Assembly (NCBI GenBank): GCA_965222615.1
Contig: CBDCUI010000008.1
Coordinates: 992,001-1,056,000 of the forward strand
DNA: 64,000 nt
Origin: Gammaproteobacteria bacterium
GTDB taxonomy: Bacteria; Pseudomonadota; Gammaproteobacteria; UBA4575
Reading direction: 5' to 3'
A model generated the notes under the pieces. The model ran no database searches and had not been told where the DNA came from. It saw nothing but the letters and a program-made list of their open reading frames with translations. Below are positions 45,284 to 56,291 of the stretch, piece after piece. How positions within the stretch are numbered: position 1 is the first letter of the stretch; the number at the start of each line of letters is the position of its first letter. The translations under genes were made by a program, and so were the position numbers.

Positions 45284-45408
45284 AATGCATCCTTAAAGTA
45301 TGCAGTACCATATCTAAGATCAAGTTTAGCGTTTTGCACGAGGTTAAAGTGAATAATTATGGCCGCAGAAATAGCTAATGTTTTTATTTATATATACTCT
45401 ATAACTAC

Positions 45409-45984
45409 ATGATTAAAAACAGTTATTTAGTATTTTTAATATTGCTATGCAGCATGCTGGCACAATTCAGTATGCAACTTGGTACGGATTGGTTTCAGTA
45501 TTCCAGGTCGGATATCGAGGCGGGACAATGGTGGCGTTTTTTTACTGGAAATTTCATTCATCTCAATTGGCGTCATTTTGCAATGAATGCGGTTGGGCTT
45601 ATTGTTATTTATGCATTATTCCCAAAAATTTTACGCCCAAACACTTTTTTATTGGCTGTAGTGTTATGTAGTTTGGCGGTCACACTGGGTTTATGGTTGT
45701 TCAGTCCCCTGGTGTATTGGTATGTTGGACTATCAGGTGCTTTACATGGGGTGGTAGTGACATTATTGATTTTGGATTATGTCCGCAGCCGCAGCCTGAT
45801 GACGGTTGCATTAGTGCTTCTTGTCTTGGCCAAATTGGTGTGGGAGTTTACTATGGGTCCATTGCCAGGAAGTGAATCTACAGCTGGTGGTCCGGTAGTG
45901 GTTATTGCGCATCTATATGGAGCACTGGGAGGGTTGCTATTTACAATGTGTCTGTTATGGATAAGTTCTAATAAAAATAATTAG
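45409..45984 (+). CDS. Rhombosortase (rhomboid protease)
   Basis: WWRFFTG..H...H...N, YVGLSGALHG, AHLYGA. Confidence 0.85.
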   Translation: MIKNSYLVFLILLCSMLAQFSMQLGTDWFQYSRSDIEAGQWWRFFTGNFIHLNWRHFAMNAVGLIVIYALFPKILRPNTFLLAVVLCSLAVTLGLWLFSPLVYWYVGLSGALHGVVVTLLILDYVRSRSLMTVALVLLVLAKLVWEFTMGPLPGSESTAGGPVVVIAHLYGALGGLLFTMCLLWISSNKNN

Positions 45985-45992
45985 TTATATAA

Positions 45993-46301
45993 ATGACTGA
46001 AAGTAAATTATCAATTTTTTTGCAAGATGAATTTCAACAACTTTGTCGCAAAATGACCTACGCAACGGTTATCGCGGTATGCATATTTGCAGTAGTAGCT
46101 TGGTGGTTTGGTATAGAAGTCAAAGGCAATATGGCTACTTTGATTGGGCTTATATTTATAATACTGGCAGTACTAACGTTTAAAATTCCACATATCGCCT
46201 ATCGCTATATGTTGAACAAATATAAACACGAGCCCGAAAAGCTGTCCGCATTAGGATCCAGCTGGAAAGAGTTTAAAGATAGTTCTCAACAGCGCTACTA
46301 G
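45993..46301 (+). CDS. Hypothetical membrane protein
   Basis: Two TM, 102 aa. Confidence 0.65.
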   Translation: MTESKLSIFLQDEFQQLCRKMTYATVIAVCIFAVVAWWFGIEVKGNMATLIGLIFIILAVLTFKIPHIAYRYMLNKYKHEPEKLSALGSSWKEFKDSSQQRY

Positions 46302-46480
46302 GGGCCTCCAACCAATTTTCTGAATATCCGTTGGACAGAAATTAGTCACTCACTATCTGATGTGTGCTTTCAGATATCTTAGGAGTTCTCTATTCTATAA
46401 ACTAACTTATTCATTTTATTAGTGAAATTAAGCACGTCAATAATTTGGCATGGTTTTGAGACTGATTTTAAAGCGACCAC

Positions 46481-46819
46481 ATGTTGGGGATTTTTCGAAA
46501 ATCTAAATTACGCTCGTCTTTTTATCCTCGTGAAGAGCGAAGAGCCATTGAAGGGGAGGTTTATATTAAGCGTCCTGGGCGCGAGCTATTGCTTGCCACT
46601 ACTGGAAATATCAGTGCTAACGGGCTTTATGTAGAGATCTTTAACCATGATCTCGATAAAGGCAGAAAAGTAGAAATTATCTTGGTAAAGCAAAACGGCT
46701 CGGTCAAGAAGATCACTAAAATGATGGGAATTGTGGTACGTGCCGATCAAAATGGGGCAGCTATGGTGACCTATAAGCGACAAGATGTAGGTTCCTTAGA
46801 AGAGCTTAGTCCGCCATGA
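46481..46819 (+). CDS. PilZ-domain protein
   Basis: REERR and NISANG motifs. Confidence 0.8.
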   Translation: MLGIFRKSKLRSSFYPREERRAIEGEVYIKRPGRELLLATTGNISANGLYVEIFNHDLDKGRKVEIILVKQNGSVKKITKMMGIVVRADQNGAAMVTYKRQDVGSLEELSPP

Positions 46820-46933
46820 TGCGGCTCTGCTGTAGTAGGGGATGAGTAGCCTCAGCTGGGTTTCTCGGGTTAAAAGGTCATTTTTTACAGATAAGCTGTA
46901 AGGTCTAAGTCTGCTTAGCCTCTATAATATCCA

Positions 46934-46994
46934 CTGTAGTTTCTCTCCTTCTGAAGCTGACCCACGTCACATCCTTAAGACGTGGGTTTTTTTT
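46934..46994 (+). ncRNA. Candidate sRNA with CU-rich seed
   Basis: CTATAAT at 46922-46928, seed CTGTAGTTTCTCTCCTT, strong terminator. Confidence 0.45.
46960..46994 (+). terminator. Intrinsic terminator
   Basis: ACCCACGTC-10nt-GACGTGGGT + T8. Confidence 0.88.
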
Positions 46995-47063
46995 GTCCAA
47001 TACAATGTAGTTCAAATTTTTCCTGTTGCTATAGACTCCATTTTGCTGTGTTAGCATCTCAAA

Positions 47064-47432
47064 ATGAATGCACTGTTATTAATTGCTCATGGTAGCCGAA
47101 GACAAGATTCCAATTATGAAGTAAGAGATTTAACGAATAATCTCGCTCAGATAACGGCCCATAAATTTAAAATTGTCGAATGCGCCTTTCTGGAATTGGC
47201 TACACCTTCCATCTTTGAAGGGGTAACACGATGTGTACAACGAGGTGCTGAGTGCGTGACTGTCTTACCTTATTTCTTATCGGCAGGGCGACATGTGGTG
47301 GAGGATATACCTGCTGAACTCGAAAAAGCATTACAAGAGTACCCGACGCTGCAAATTAAAGTCGCTCCACATCTAGGTTCGGCTTCTGGAGTTTGTGATA
47401 ATTTAGTCGCCCTATCTGAGTTAGCCATTTGA
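47064..47432 (+). CDS. CbiX/SirB chelatase domain protein
   Basis: IAHGSR, AFLEL..P, PYFLSAGRHV..DIP. Confidence 0.9.
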   Translation: MNALLLIAHGSRRQDSNYEVRDLTNNLAQITAHKFKIVECAFLELATPSIFEGVTRCVQRGAECVTVLPYFLSAGRHVVEDIPAELEKALQEYPTLQIKVAPHLGSASGVCDNLVALSELAI

Positions 47433-48535
47433 CACCCAGGCGTTTAATGCCAGTAATTGAAGATAAAAAAACTTCTGTTGATCAAAAAACACGGGGGCGT
47501 GGTTATGTCGCGAATATACCAAATCGTTTTGATCATATCGTCACAGAATATGATGCAGGAGTTAATGTTCACGATTCCAAAATTGTTCTAACCGAGCTCT
47601 CATCCACACAGGCAAAATTGATCCTATCTAAGAATACGTCACCTGATGTTCCATTTGATCAAAGCTTGAATCCATACCGTGGTTGTGAGCATGGCTGTGC
47701 TTATTGTTTTGCTAGACCCACTCACTCTTATTTAGATTTGTCACCCGGGCTTGATTTTGAGACACAAATATTTTTTAAAAGAAATGCAGCAGAATTACTA
47801 GAAAATGAGTTTCTAAAGCCGAATTACGAAGTCAAAACTATTTCACTTGGAAATATAACGGACTGTTATCAACCAGTCGAAAAGCGCTTAAAGCTTACAC
47901 GCGATATATTAAAAATAATGCTGAAGTATGAGCACCCAGTCAGTATTGTCACAAAATCGAAATTAATAGAGCGTGATTTGGATTTGTTGAAGCCATTAGC
48001 CCAGCAAAGGCTTGTGCATGTCGCTATTACAGTAACAACCTTGGATAAAAATTTGGCACAAAAATTAGAGCCAAGGGCAACAACACCTAGTCGGCGACTT
48101 GAAACGATTCAAGCCTTATCTCAACAGGGGGTATCAGTTTCGGTTTTAGTAGCGCCCATAATTCCTGTTTTGACTGATTATGAGTTGGAAGAGGTTCTTA
48201 GGCAGTGCAAAGAATATGGTGCGAATGGAGCAAATTTTGTAATGCTACGTCTGCCTCACGAATTAAAGGATTTATTTGTGAATTGGCTTGAAAGGCATTA
48301 TCCCTTAAAGGCCAAGCACATTTTGAATCGTGTAAAAGAAATGCATGAAGGAGAATTATACCAAGCCAAATTTGGACAAAGAATGCGAGGCTTGGGGAAC
48401 TATGCAGAACTAATAGAAAATCGGTTTCGTTTGGCATATAAGAAATTTGGCTACCAAAGTGAATTCTATGAGCTGGATCATTCTAAATTTGTTCGATCAA
48501 GTGATACGTTGCCAAAACAATTGAATATGTTTTAA
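47429..48535 (+). CDS. Radical SAM protein, PA0069/SplB-like
   Basis: NPYRGCEHGCAYCFARPTH, TDCYQP; start may be ATG 47447. Confidence 0.9.
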   Translation: MTPRRLMPVIEDKKTSVDQKTRGRGYVANIPNRFDHIVTEYDAGVNVHDSKIVLTELSSTQAKLILSKNTSPDVPFDQSLNPYRGCEHGCAYCFARPTHSYLDLSPGLDFETQIFFKRNAAELLENEFLKPNYEVKTISLGNITDCYQPVEKRLKLTRDILKIMLKYEHPVSIVTKSKLIERDLDLLKPLAQQRLVHVAITVTTLDKNLAQKLEPRATTPSRRLETIQALSQQGVSVSVLVAPIIPVLTDYELEEVLRQCKEYGANGANFVMLRLPHELKDLFVNWLERHYPLKAKHILNRVKEMHEGELYQAKFGQRMRGLGNYAELIENRFRLAYKKFGYQSEFYELDHSKFVRSSDTLPKQLNMF

Positions 48536-48566
48536 CGAAATATCAGAATAAATCAGAGCTTTCTTA
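48529..48566. repeat. MITE-like repeat remnant (one end)
   Basis: TATCAGAATAAATCAGAGCTTTCT matches the right end of copy 1. Confidence 0.7.
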
Positions 48567-49283
48567 GATCTTAAGTGATTCGATTTCGTCTTTTTTTATG
48601 GCGGAGTAAGGGGAGTTTCTGATTTGATCGTGTACTTTCATACGATAACGTACAAATTTATCGACATCGGTGAAATGCATAAACGGGTTGCCTTCTAATT
48701 CTTCTCCAAGCGTAGATGTTTCTTGTACTGCGTAATGATGACCAGGATGAATAATAATTGAGGAGGGTAGCTCATCGCGAAATCGTTGTAAGGTGGTATG
48801 CATGAGTTCTGGATCGCCACCACTTAAATCACAGCGTCCACATCCAAATACAAACAGTGTATCTCCTGTTATTAAATCATCATTAATACGGTAACATGCA
48901 GATCCTGGGGTGTGTCCTGGTGTATGCATAATTTCAATTTCAGTCACACCTATTTTGATTCGGTCACCGCCATAGTGCAGGCTTGGCTTGGCTAATTCTT
49001 TTCCCCAAAATGAAGCTTCATGTTTAAGCAAATGTATCTGTGCATCATAGTGTTTTAGTAATTCATCAATTCCATTGATGTGGTCATGGTGACTATGAGT
49101 TAATAAAATGTTTGTAATTGTTACATTAAGTTGTTTAGCGCGTTCTAATATTGCTGGCACATCCCATGCAGGATCTACTACAGCTGCAGTTTTGGAGCTT
49201 TCATCGATCAGAAGATAAATAAAATTTTCCATTGGCCCTAATTCCATAGGCTCGATGGAATATGTCGATACGTTTTTAAGCAT
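48564..49283 (-). CDS. MBL-fold hydrolase (glyoxalase II-like)
   Basis: THSHHDH, TPGHT, TGDTLF..GCGR. Confidence 0.9.
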   Translation of the reverse strand: MLKNVSTYSIEPMELGPMENFIYLLIDESSKTAAVVDPAWDVPAILERAKQLNVTITNILLTHSHHDHINGIDELLKHYDAQIHLLKHEASFWGKELAKPSLHYGGDRIKIGVTEIEIMHTPGHTPGSACYRINDDLITGDTLFVFGCGRCDLSGGDPELMHTTLQRFRDELPSSIIIHPGHHYAVQETSTLGEELEGNPFMHFTDVDKFVRYRMKVHDQIRNSPYSAIKKDEIESLKI

Positions 49284-49389
49284 AGTTTATTTAAACAAAA
49301 ATAATATAAAGGCTATTATGGAATTGAATATACTATTTTACTACATGTTACAACATGAGATTATAGCTAAAATTACGCTCAAGTAGATT

Positions 49390-49938
49390 ATGAACACTCT
49401 CCCGGATTTCATTGATCATGGACTAGCTATTCTATCGATTGGACTTAATCCATCAACGATTTCAGTGGAAAAAGGCTATTATTTTGCAAATCCTCGTAAT
49501 AGATTTTGGAAGGCTTTGAATACTAGTGATTTGATCCCGGAAGAATTAATACCTTCAGTGGATGCGCAAGAGAAGATGCTGAAACAATATAAAATAGGAT
49601 TTACCGATGTTGTGAAGCGTCACACTCGCATGGGGAAAGACTTGAAAGCAATTGATTTTAAAAAATATGCTCCAAAGTTATACACAAAAATTGAAAAATA
49701 CCAGCCAATGGTGTGTTGGTTTCATGGCAAAGTAGCTGTTCAAAAATTTTTGAAATATTCAAATTGTCTTGAAACAGAAATATCGTGGGGAACACAGAAC
49801 TTTAAAATCTGCAACTCTGATGCTTTTGTAACTCCAAATCCAAGTCCAGCAAATGCAGCTTATTCACTAGATGTGATTTCAGAGTGGTATACCATGCTCT
49901 ATAATACTGTTAAGCAAAAGGATCATTTAATTATTTAA
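49390..49938 (+). CDS. mug: Mismatch-specific uracil-DNA glycosylase
   Basis: GLNPS, FANPRNRFW, PNPSPANA. Confidence 0.88.
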   Translation: MNTLPDFIDHGLAILSIGLNPSTISVEKGYYFANPRNRFWKALNTSDLIPEELIPSVDAQEKMLKQYKIGFTDVVKRHTRMGKDLKAIDFKKYAPKLYTKIEKYQPMVCWFHGKVAVQKFLKYSNCLETEISWGTQNFKICNSDAFVTPNPSPANAAYSLDVISEWYTMLYNTVKQKDHLII

Positions 49939-49944
49939 TATAAA

Positions 49945-50424
49945 ATGAAGTTTATATTGCTAATATTATCCCTGTTTGTAATTTCGTGTACGAACAATTC
50001 AGAGTTAAAACATGATGATCAACAAGCACGTGACACCCTTGTTGGCGTTTGGCGTGGAGCAGGTAATTATCAAGACGAGGGTGATCGTGGTTGGCGAGAG
50101 TATTGGAAAATGATACGACATAAAGATGGCAGTTATGATGTGAGTTATTTGTTAATTCATGAGAAAAATAAACAATATGAATTGACCTCTGATTCAGGAA
50201 AATGGAAATTCGAAAATAGTAGATATTTTGAAGTAGACCGGCATGAACAAAAGTCGGAGTTTAAAGTTCTTTCGCTAAAAAAAGATTTGTTCAAGTACAA
50301 TTATATTCAGCGTGATGATAATCTACCCATTAGTGAAACCAAAACCAGTGACAATTATCAATTGCAAGAACCGCCAGAAGGTTATACAGAGTTTGTGTAT
50401 CAAAAACCAAATAAAATAGAGTAA
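49945..50424 (+). CDS. Hypothetical lipoprotein
   Basis: VISC lipobox, LVGVW. Confidence 0.7.
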   Translation: MKFILLILSLFVISCTNNSELKHDDQQARDTLVGVWRGAGNYQDEGDRGWREYWKMIRHKDGSYDVSYLLIHEKNKQYELTSDSGKWKFENSRYFEVDRHEQKSEFKVLSLKKDLFKYNYIQRDDNLPISETKTSDNYQLQEPPEGYTEFVYQKPNKIE

Positions 50425-50448
50425 TTATTACTATTTAAGGCTGAGTTA

Positions 50449-50946
50449 ATGTTTAGTAGTCGTGCTTTATATTTTTATGGGTTTATAATATGTGTTGCAT
50501 CACTTGCATTCGCCTTTTTTTATCTTGAAAAGACGTTATACTTAGACCCTTGTCCGCTTTGTATTTTCGATCGGGTAGTAATTGCCGCCTTAGGAATAAT
50601 CTTTTTTATTGCTTTCTTGCATAATCCAGCATCATTCTTTAAAAAATTATATGGAATTGTATCGATACTATTATGTTTTATTGGGATTGGTCTCGCTTCC
50701 AGGCATATCTGGTTGCAGAATTTGCCTAAAGACCAGGTTCCGGAGTGTGGGCCTGATTTGTATTTTATGTTTGAGACCTTGCCATTTTTTGATGTAATTA
50801 AAAAAGCACTTTCCGGGTCAGGTTCTTGTGCAGAAGTTAGTTGGACCTTTGCCGGCTTGACGATACCCGAACAGACCTTAATTTTATTTGTGGCATTACT
50901 GATCTTGTCGGTAATCCAGACCTTACGAGCACGTAAATCTATATAA
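50449..50946 (+). CDS. dsbB: Disulfide bond formation protein B
   Basis: PCPLC..R, RHIWLQ, CG, GSCAEVSW. Confidence 0.93.
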   Translation: MFSSRALYFYGFIICVASLAFAFFYLEKTLYLDPCPLCIFDRVVIAALGIIFFIAFLHNPASFFKKLYGIVSILLCFIGIGLASRHIWLQNLPKDQVPECGPDLYFMFETLPFFDVIKKALSGSGSCAEVSWTFAGLTIPEQTLILFVALLILSVIQTLRARKSI

Positions 50947-50989
50947 ATAGTAAGCAATTTACGTACAATTCCGTTCTTTTGTTTTTTAA

Positions 50990-51134
50990 GGAAACTCTGA
51001 TTTATTCTGATATGGCCCTAGGAAAATGCTTAAGAAAAAATGTCTCGAAATACTCATGTATTAGCCTATACACTTCGCTTTTTCGACATTTTTTGCCTAA
51101 TATCAGTCAGCTATGCCAATAAATCAGAGCTTCC
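50990..51134. mobile_element. MITE-like palindromic repeat, copy 2 (inverted)
   Basis: GGAAACTCTGATTTATT..AATAAATCAGAGCTTCC; core is the reverse complement of copy 1. Confidence 0.8.
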
Positions 51135-51219
51135 CAAGCTATATTGGAATTTTTGTACATTAGAATCCAGGCGATACAGTGAATGTTGAATATTTTTTAG
51201 TGTTAAATAGAGAACTATT

Positions 51220-52377
51220 GTGAGTACGGCAGCAAAAGATATACATCCCATACCAAACCGTGTGCCACCGGCAACGCAGTTTGTGGAATTACGAGGCGAT
51301 TACGGCACGTCGGATTTCATCATGCGACGTGGTGGTTTTTTGCCTAAAGTAGTGGTTGCCTATGAATCGTGGGGTGAATTATCCGAAACTCATGATAACG
51401 TGGTTCTGGTATTTACGGGTCTTTCTCCATCTGCACATGCTTGCTCATCATCAAAAGATCCATCTCCCGGTTGGTGGGAATATATGATTGGTCCCGGAAA
51501 ACCCATCGATACCAATAAGTTCTATGTTATTTGTGTAAATTCTCTAGGTAGTTGTTTTGGTTCAACCAGCCCAACTTCGATCAATCCAAAAACCGGTAAG
51601 CAGTATTGTGCTGAGTATCCCGAGCTAACAATCGAAGATATTGCTAAGGCAGGGCATCACGCCTTACAAGAACTTGGTGTTGATCACTTATGCGCTGTCG
51701 TGGGGGCATCTATGGGGGGGATGTCTTCACTCGCTTATGCATTGCAGTATCCAGATGAAGTCGATTATTTAGTTAGCATCTCTGCAGCTTGTCGTTCTCT
51801 ACCTTTAGCCATCGCAATGCGTTCTTTACAACGTGAAATTGTACGCTGTGATCCGGAATGGAAAGATGGATGCTATGAACCAGATGAGGAACCCAAACAC
51901 GGTATGGTATTGGCGCGTAAGTTAGGTTTGATGTCTTATCGTGCTGCTGCAGAGTGGAATGAGCGCTTTAATCGTGCACGTGTAGATCCTTCAAGACGTA
52001 GTGAAGACAAGTTTGGGATTGAATTTGAAGTTGAATCATATCTCGATTACAACGCACATAAATTTGTGGATACCTTTGATGCTAATAGTTATCTATATTT
52101 GTCTAGAGCGATGGATTTATTTGATGTTGCTGAGCATGGAGGTTCGGTAAATGCGGGTTTGGCAAAAATTCATGCTAAAAAATCCTTAGTAATCGGTGTT
52201 GAAACCGATATTTTGTTCCCAATAAAACAACAAGAAGAGATTTATAATGGAATTAAGAAGGCAGGCCGTAATGTCGAATTTGCGCGTCTACCTTCTATTA
52301 ATGGGCACGATTCGTTCTTAATCGATGAGGAACATTTTGCTCCCGTGATGCAAAAGTTTTTTTCTGAATTCGCTTAA
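51220..52377 (+). CDS. MetX-family O-acyltransferase (likely serine-specific subgroup)
   Basis: GASMGG, FDANSY, GHDSFL; FTGLSPSAH. Confidence 0.88.
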   Translation: MSTAAKDIHPIPNRVPPATQFVELRGDYGTSDFIMRRGGFLPKVVVAYESWGELSETHDNVVLVFTGLSPSAHACSSSKDPSPGWWEYMIGPGKPIDTNKFYVICVNSLGSCFGSTSPTSINPKTGKQYCAEYPELTIEDIAKAGHHALQELGVDHLCAVVGASMGGMSSLAYALQYPDEVDYLVSISAACRSLPLAIAMRSLQREIVRCDPEWKDGCYEPDEEPKHGMVLARKLGLMSYRAAAEWNERFNRARVDPSRRSEDKFGIEFEVESYLDYNAHKFVDTFDANSYLYLSRAMDLFDVAEHGGSVNAGLAKIHAKKSLVIGVETDILFPIKQQEEIYNGIKKAGRNVEFARLPSINGHDSFLIDEEHFAPVMQKFFSEFA

Positions 52378-53681
52378 CTGCGTTTATTAATCTCGACGTA
52401 ATCACGTTCATCTGGTCCAGTATATAATTGACGTGGGCGGCCAATTTTTGCCTCAGGATCGCTCATATGTTCCTTCCAGTGGGATATCCAGCCTACGGTT
52501 CTTGCTAAAGCAAAAATTACTGTAAACATGCTTAGCGGAAAACCCATTGCCCGCAAAATTATGCCTGAATAGAAATCTACATTTGGGTAAAGCTTGCGCT
52601 CTACAAAATAGTCGTCTTCGAGTGCGATGCGTTCAAGTTCCATCGCAGTATCAAATAATGGTTTATTGGGGTTGTCGTCTCCTAGCTCAGCAAGCAATTC
52701 ATGACAGACATTGCGGATTATTTTGGCACGTGGATCATAGTTTTTATACACACGATGACCAAAGCCCATTAAACGGAATTTAGAATCTTTATCCTTTGCA
52801 CGGTCGATGTAATAGGCAACATCATTGTCTGATTCGACGATATCTTCAAGCATACGGATGACGGCTTCATTGGCTCCACCATGTGCAGGTCCCCAAAGAG
52901 AGCTAATACCTGCTGAAAGTGCGGCATAAGGGTTTGCACCAGAACTTCCTGCCAGACGTACAGTAGAGGTAGATGCATTCTGTTCGTGATCCGCATGCAA
53001 AATTAAAATAACGTCCATCGCTTTAACAAAAATCGGACTAGGTGTGTATTCTTGAGTTGGAAAACCGAAGGTCATGTATAGAAAATTGGACACATAATCC
53101 AAATTATTATTGGGGTACATAAACGGTTGACCAACTGTATATTTGTATACCCAAGCAGCCATAGTTGGTACTTTGGCGATTAAACGATTAGCTGCAATTT
53201 CACGAGATTCTGGATCATGTACATCGATTTGTTCATGATAAAAAGCTGATAGAGCACCTACAGTCGCAACCATCATCGCCATTGGATGCGAATTATTATG
53301 AAATCCCAAATAGAAGCGACGCATTTTTTCATCAAGTAGAGTATGTACTCTAAGTCTGGACACAAATGCATCAAATTCTTGTTTGGTGGGAAGTTCTCCA
53401 TATAAAAGTAAATAACAGACCTCTAAAAAAGTACTCTTCTCTGCGAGTTGTTCAATTGGATAACCACAATAACGGAGTAGACCTAGGTCGCCATCAATAA
53501 ATGTGATTTTGCTCTCGCAACTGCCGGTAGAGACAAAGCCTGGATCAAAAGTGAAGTAACCCAGTTCTTTATATAAGTTTCCAATATCAATTGTACTTGG
53601 GCCATTGGCGCCATCAAGAATTGGTAGGTCGACCTTTTTCCCTGTCGAATTGTCAATAACGGTAACGGTTCGAGCTGCCAT
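52374..53681 (-). CDS. gltA: Citrate synthase type II
   Basis: [35 protein letters not shown]. Confidence 0.98.
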   Translation of the reverse strand: MAARTVTVIDNSTGKKVDLPILDGANGPSTIDIGNLYKELGYFTFDPGFVSTGSCESKITFIDGDLGLLRYCGYPIEQLAEKSTFLEVCYLLLYGELPTKQEFDAFVSRLRVHTLLDEKMRRFYLGFHNNSHPMAMMVATVGALSAFYHEQIDVHDPESREIAANRLIAKVPTMAAWVYKYTVGQPFMYPNNNLDYVSNFLYMTFGFPTQEYTPSPIFVKAMDVILILHADHEQNASTSTVRLAGSSGANPYAALSAGISSLWGPAHGGANEAVIRMLEDIVESDNDVAYYIDRAKDKDSKFRLMGFGHRVYKNYDPRAKIIRNVCHELLAELGDDNPNKPLFDTAMELERIALEDDYFVERKLYPNVDFYSGIILRAMGFPLSMFTVIFALARTVGWISHWKEHMSDPEAKIGRPRQLYTGPDERDYVEINKRS

Positions 53682-53936
53682 TTAAGACTCTCCTAAATAA
53701 TTATTGGTTAGAAATAAATTGTTTATCTTGTAGCCAAAAGACACTCTCTCCGTCCATCAATTTGGAGAAAACCTTCTGTCTTAGTTCTAATAAGTTAGAT
53801 AAAGTACTTATAGTAACTTGCTGTTATTACTAAAGTTACTTGCTGTGTATCGCTGTATTAGCCAATACTAACTTGTTATTTTGTCCAGGAATTATAGCAT
53901 TTTTGTGTTATTCAGTGGAGCAAGAGATTTTGACGC

Positions 53937-54473
53937 TTATCGCGAAGATTTGTTTATAAATTGCTCGATATAAGTGGCAATCTGATGTGGATGGTTAAGC
54001 TCTAGTAAAGGCAGTGGACTACTCACATGATTGGGTTCATCCGTTGCAATGGCAATTACGTTTTCGTCTGTTGCGGAAATAAGGGGTTTTCCTAAACTCG
54101 GCCGATGAATTTCTATTTTGGGGATAGGCTCGGATTTATAACCTTCAACTACTACAAAGTCTATGTTGTCTATGACGATGTGTCTCAGTGCTTCTTGTAG
54201 AGATAGTTCCAAGTGGTCAGAAGGATTTTCATGAATCATTACCCAACGATTAAGTGAAGAAATCAGAATTTGTTGCGCCCCTGCTTTTCTAATTTTATAA
54301 CTATCTTTTTCGGGGTGATCGATATCAAATGTGTGATGCGCATGTTTAATAACTGCGACCTTATAACCATGTTTACTAAAAATTGGAATGAGCTTTTCCA
54401 ATAATGTTGTTTTTCCAGAACCGCTATAAGCACATAGGCCTAAAATAGGCTTTTGAAAGACAATTTGTTTCAT
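53937..54473 (-). CDS. mobB: Molybdopterin-guanine dinucleotide biosynthesis protein B
   Basis: SGSGKTTL, IKHAHH, VEGYK. Confidence 0.94.
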   Translation of the reverse strand: MKQIVFQKPILGLCAYSGSGKTTLLEKLIPIFSKHGYKVAVIKHAHHTFDIDHPEKDSYKIRKAGAQQILISSLNRWVMIHENPSDHLELSLQEALRHIVIDNIDFVVVEGYKSEPIPKIEIHRPSLGKPLISATDENVIAIATDEPNHVSSPLPLLELNHPHQIATYIEQFINKSSR

Positions 54474-54479
54474 TATTTG

Positions 54480-55082
54480 TTATTTTACTAAAAGTTTAGC
54501 TAAAGAATTTTTATCTTCTGGGGTGTTTACATTAATAAAGCAATCTTTATTATCACTGAAATCTACTTCAATTAATTTGTGCTGTTCAAACCAACGATCA
54601 ATTTTACGTTCACCGCTATTTAAATATTCATTCAAACTTTCTAATAAGTCACATTGAATAAGCGCATATACGGGCTGTATTCGCCTACCATCATGTGCTA
54701 CAGCAATTTCTGCGTTCCGATTTTTGGTGGAGTTATATAATCGTGATACTAAATCATCTGCAATCAGCGGACCATCACATGGACAGGTACAAATATAAGG
54801 CGTGGTGCATTTATGCATTGCTACAGCAATACCGGCTAATGGTCCTTGGTAATCATTTAGGTTATCAGTAAATACTGGATACCCATATTTTTCGTAAATT
54901 TCTATATTGCGATTCGCATTAATCAAAATACTAGCAACTTGAGGCTCAAGTGCGCGGATTACATATGAAATCATGGTTATACCATTGATTTCCAACAAGC
55001 CTTTATCTTGGCCTCCCATACGTTTGGCTTTTCCCCCAGCTAAAATTATGCCAGTAACATTATTGTTGTTGGTGTTGTTCAC
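54480..55082 (-). CDS. mobA: Molybdenum cofactor guanylyltransferase
   Basis: LAGG.AKRMGGQDKGL, GPLAG, NVNTPED. Confidence 0.95.
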   Translation of the reverse strand: MNNTNNNNVTGIILAGGKAKRMGGQDKGLLEINGITMISYVIRALEPQVASILINANRNIEIYEKYGYPVFTDNLNDYQGPLAGIAVAMHKCTTPYICTCPCDGPLIADDLVSRLYNSTKNRNAEIAVAHDGRRIQPVYALIQCDLLESLNEYLNSGERKIDRWFEQHKLIEVDFSDNKDCFINVNTPEDKNSLAKLLVK

Positions 55083-55173
55083 AGGATTATTAAACTAAAA
55101 TTTTTCAATGTTCTGAAACTTAGTACAAAATACAAATATAATATTAAAACCAGATTGTTTTGAGGTAAAAATT

Positions 55174-55488
55174 ATGAGTGATGAGAAATATGACCGGAAT
55201 CAGTTAGAAATCGAGGCAGCAGTATACAGAAGGTTGGTAGATCATTTGCGAAAAAAGACAGATGTGCAAAACATAGATCTGATGAATTTAGCGGATTTTT
55301 GTCGTAATTGCTTGTCTAAGTGGTATGTTGCTGCTGCTGAGGAAAGGGGAATTACGATTGAGTACGAAAAGGCTAGAGAACTCGTTTATGGCATGCCGTA
55401 CTCAGAATGGAAAGCAAAATATCAAACAGAGGCTAACAAAGAACAATTGAAAGCATTTGCTGAAGGTGAAAAGAGACGTAACAGTTAG
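55174..55488 (+). CDS. DUF1244 protein
   Basis: VQNIDLMNLA.FCRNCL, VYGMPY.EWK. Confidence 0.88.
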   Translation: MSDEKYDRNQLEIEAAVYRRLVDHLRKKTDVQNIDLMNLADFCRNCLSKWYVAAAEERGITIEYEKARELVYGMPYSEWKAKYQTEANKEQLKAFAEGEKRRNS

Positions 55489-55520
55489 CAGTTTTATTCA
55501 TCAAGACTTAGGATTATCAA

Positions 55521-56291
55521 TTGAATCAAAAGGAAAGTAAAAATGATCTAAGTGATGATGAGTTGCTTCGTTATAGTCGACAAATCATGCTTCCACAACT
55601 TGATATAGTTGGCCAGAAACAATTATTGAAGTCACGTGTTTTGCTATTTGGAGCAGGAGGACTAGGTTCGCCAATTGCAATGTACTTAACCGCAAGTGGT
55701 GTAGGACAAATAACCATTGTGGATCCTGACACTGTAGATCTTTCTAATTTGCAGCGTCAGATTATTCACAGCAGTAAAAATTTAGGACAAGACAAGGTAG
55801 ATTCGGCAAAACAGACACTATGTGAGCTAAATTCTCAAACTAGTGTGCAAACAATAAACACAATTTTAAGTGGGGCAGAACTTGAAAATGAAGTCCTGAA
55901 GGCAGATGTAGTAATTGATGCAACAGATAATTTTAAATCAAGATTTGCTATTAATATGGCATGCGTAAAACAAAGAACTCCACTCGTGGTTGGAGCTGTA
56001 ATTCGTTTTGAAGGGCAAGTAATGGTTTTTACAATGGATGATAATAGCGCCTGTTATCAATGCCTTTTTTCTAACCAGGTTGAGGAATTGGACGAGAGTT
56101 GCACGCAAACCGGTGTGCTCGGTTCTGTAGTAGGGCTAGTTGGTTGTATACAGGCGACAGAAGCTATAAAAATTTTAGCCAATTTTGGTGAGACGTTATC
56201 CAATAAATTATTGTTAATCGATGCATTAAATGCGGAGTGGCATACTGTCAAAATTAGAAAAGACCATAAATGTGCAGTATGTGCGGCGTAA
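55521..56291 (+). CDS. moeB: MoeB/ThiF adenylyltransferase
   Basis: RYSRQ, GAGGLG, SNLQRQ, CYQC, CAVC; mob context. Confidence 0.85.
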   Translation: MNQKESKNDLSDDELLRYSRQIMLPQLDIVGQKQLLKSRVLLFGAGGLGSPIAMYLTASGVGQITIVDPDTVDLSNLQRQIIHSSKNLGQDKVDSAKQTLCELNSQTSVQTINTILSGAELENEVLKADVVIDATDNFKSRFAINMACVKQRTPLVVGAVIRFEGQVMVFTMDDNSACYQCLFSNQVEELDESCTQTGVLGSVVGLVGCIQATEAIKILANFGETLSNKLLLIDALNAEWHTVKIRKDHKCAVCAA

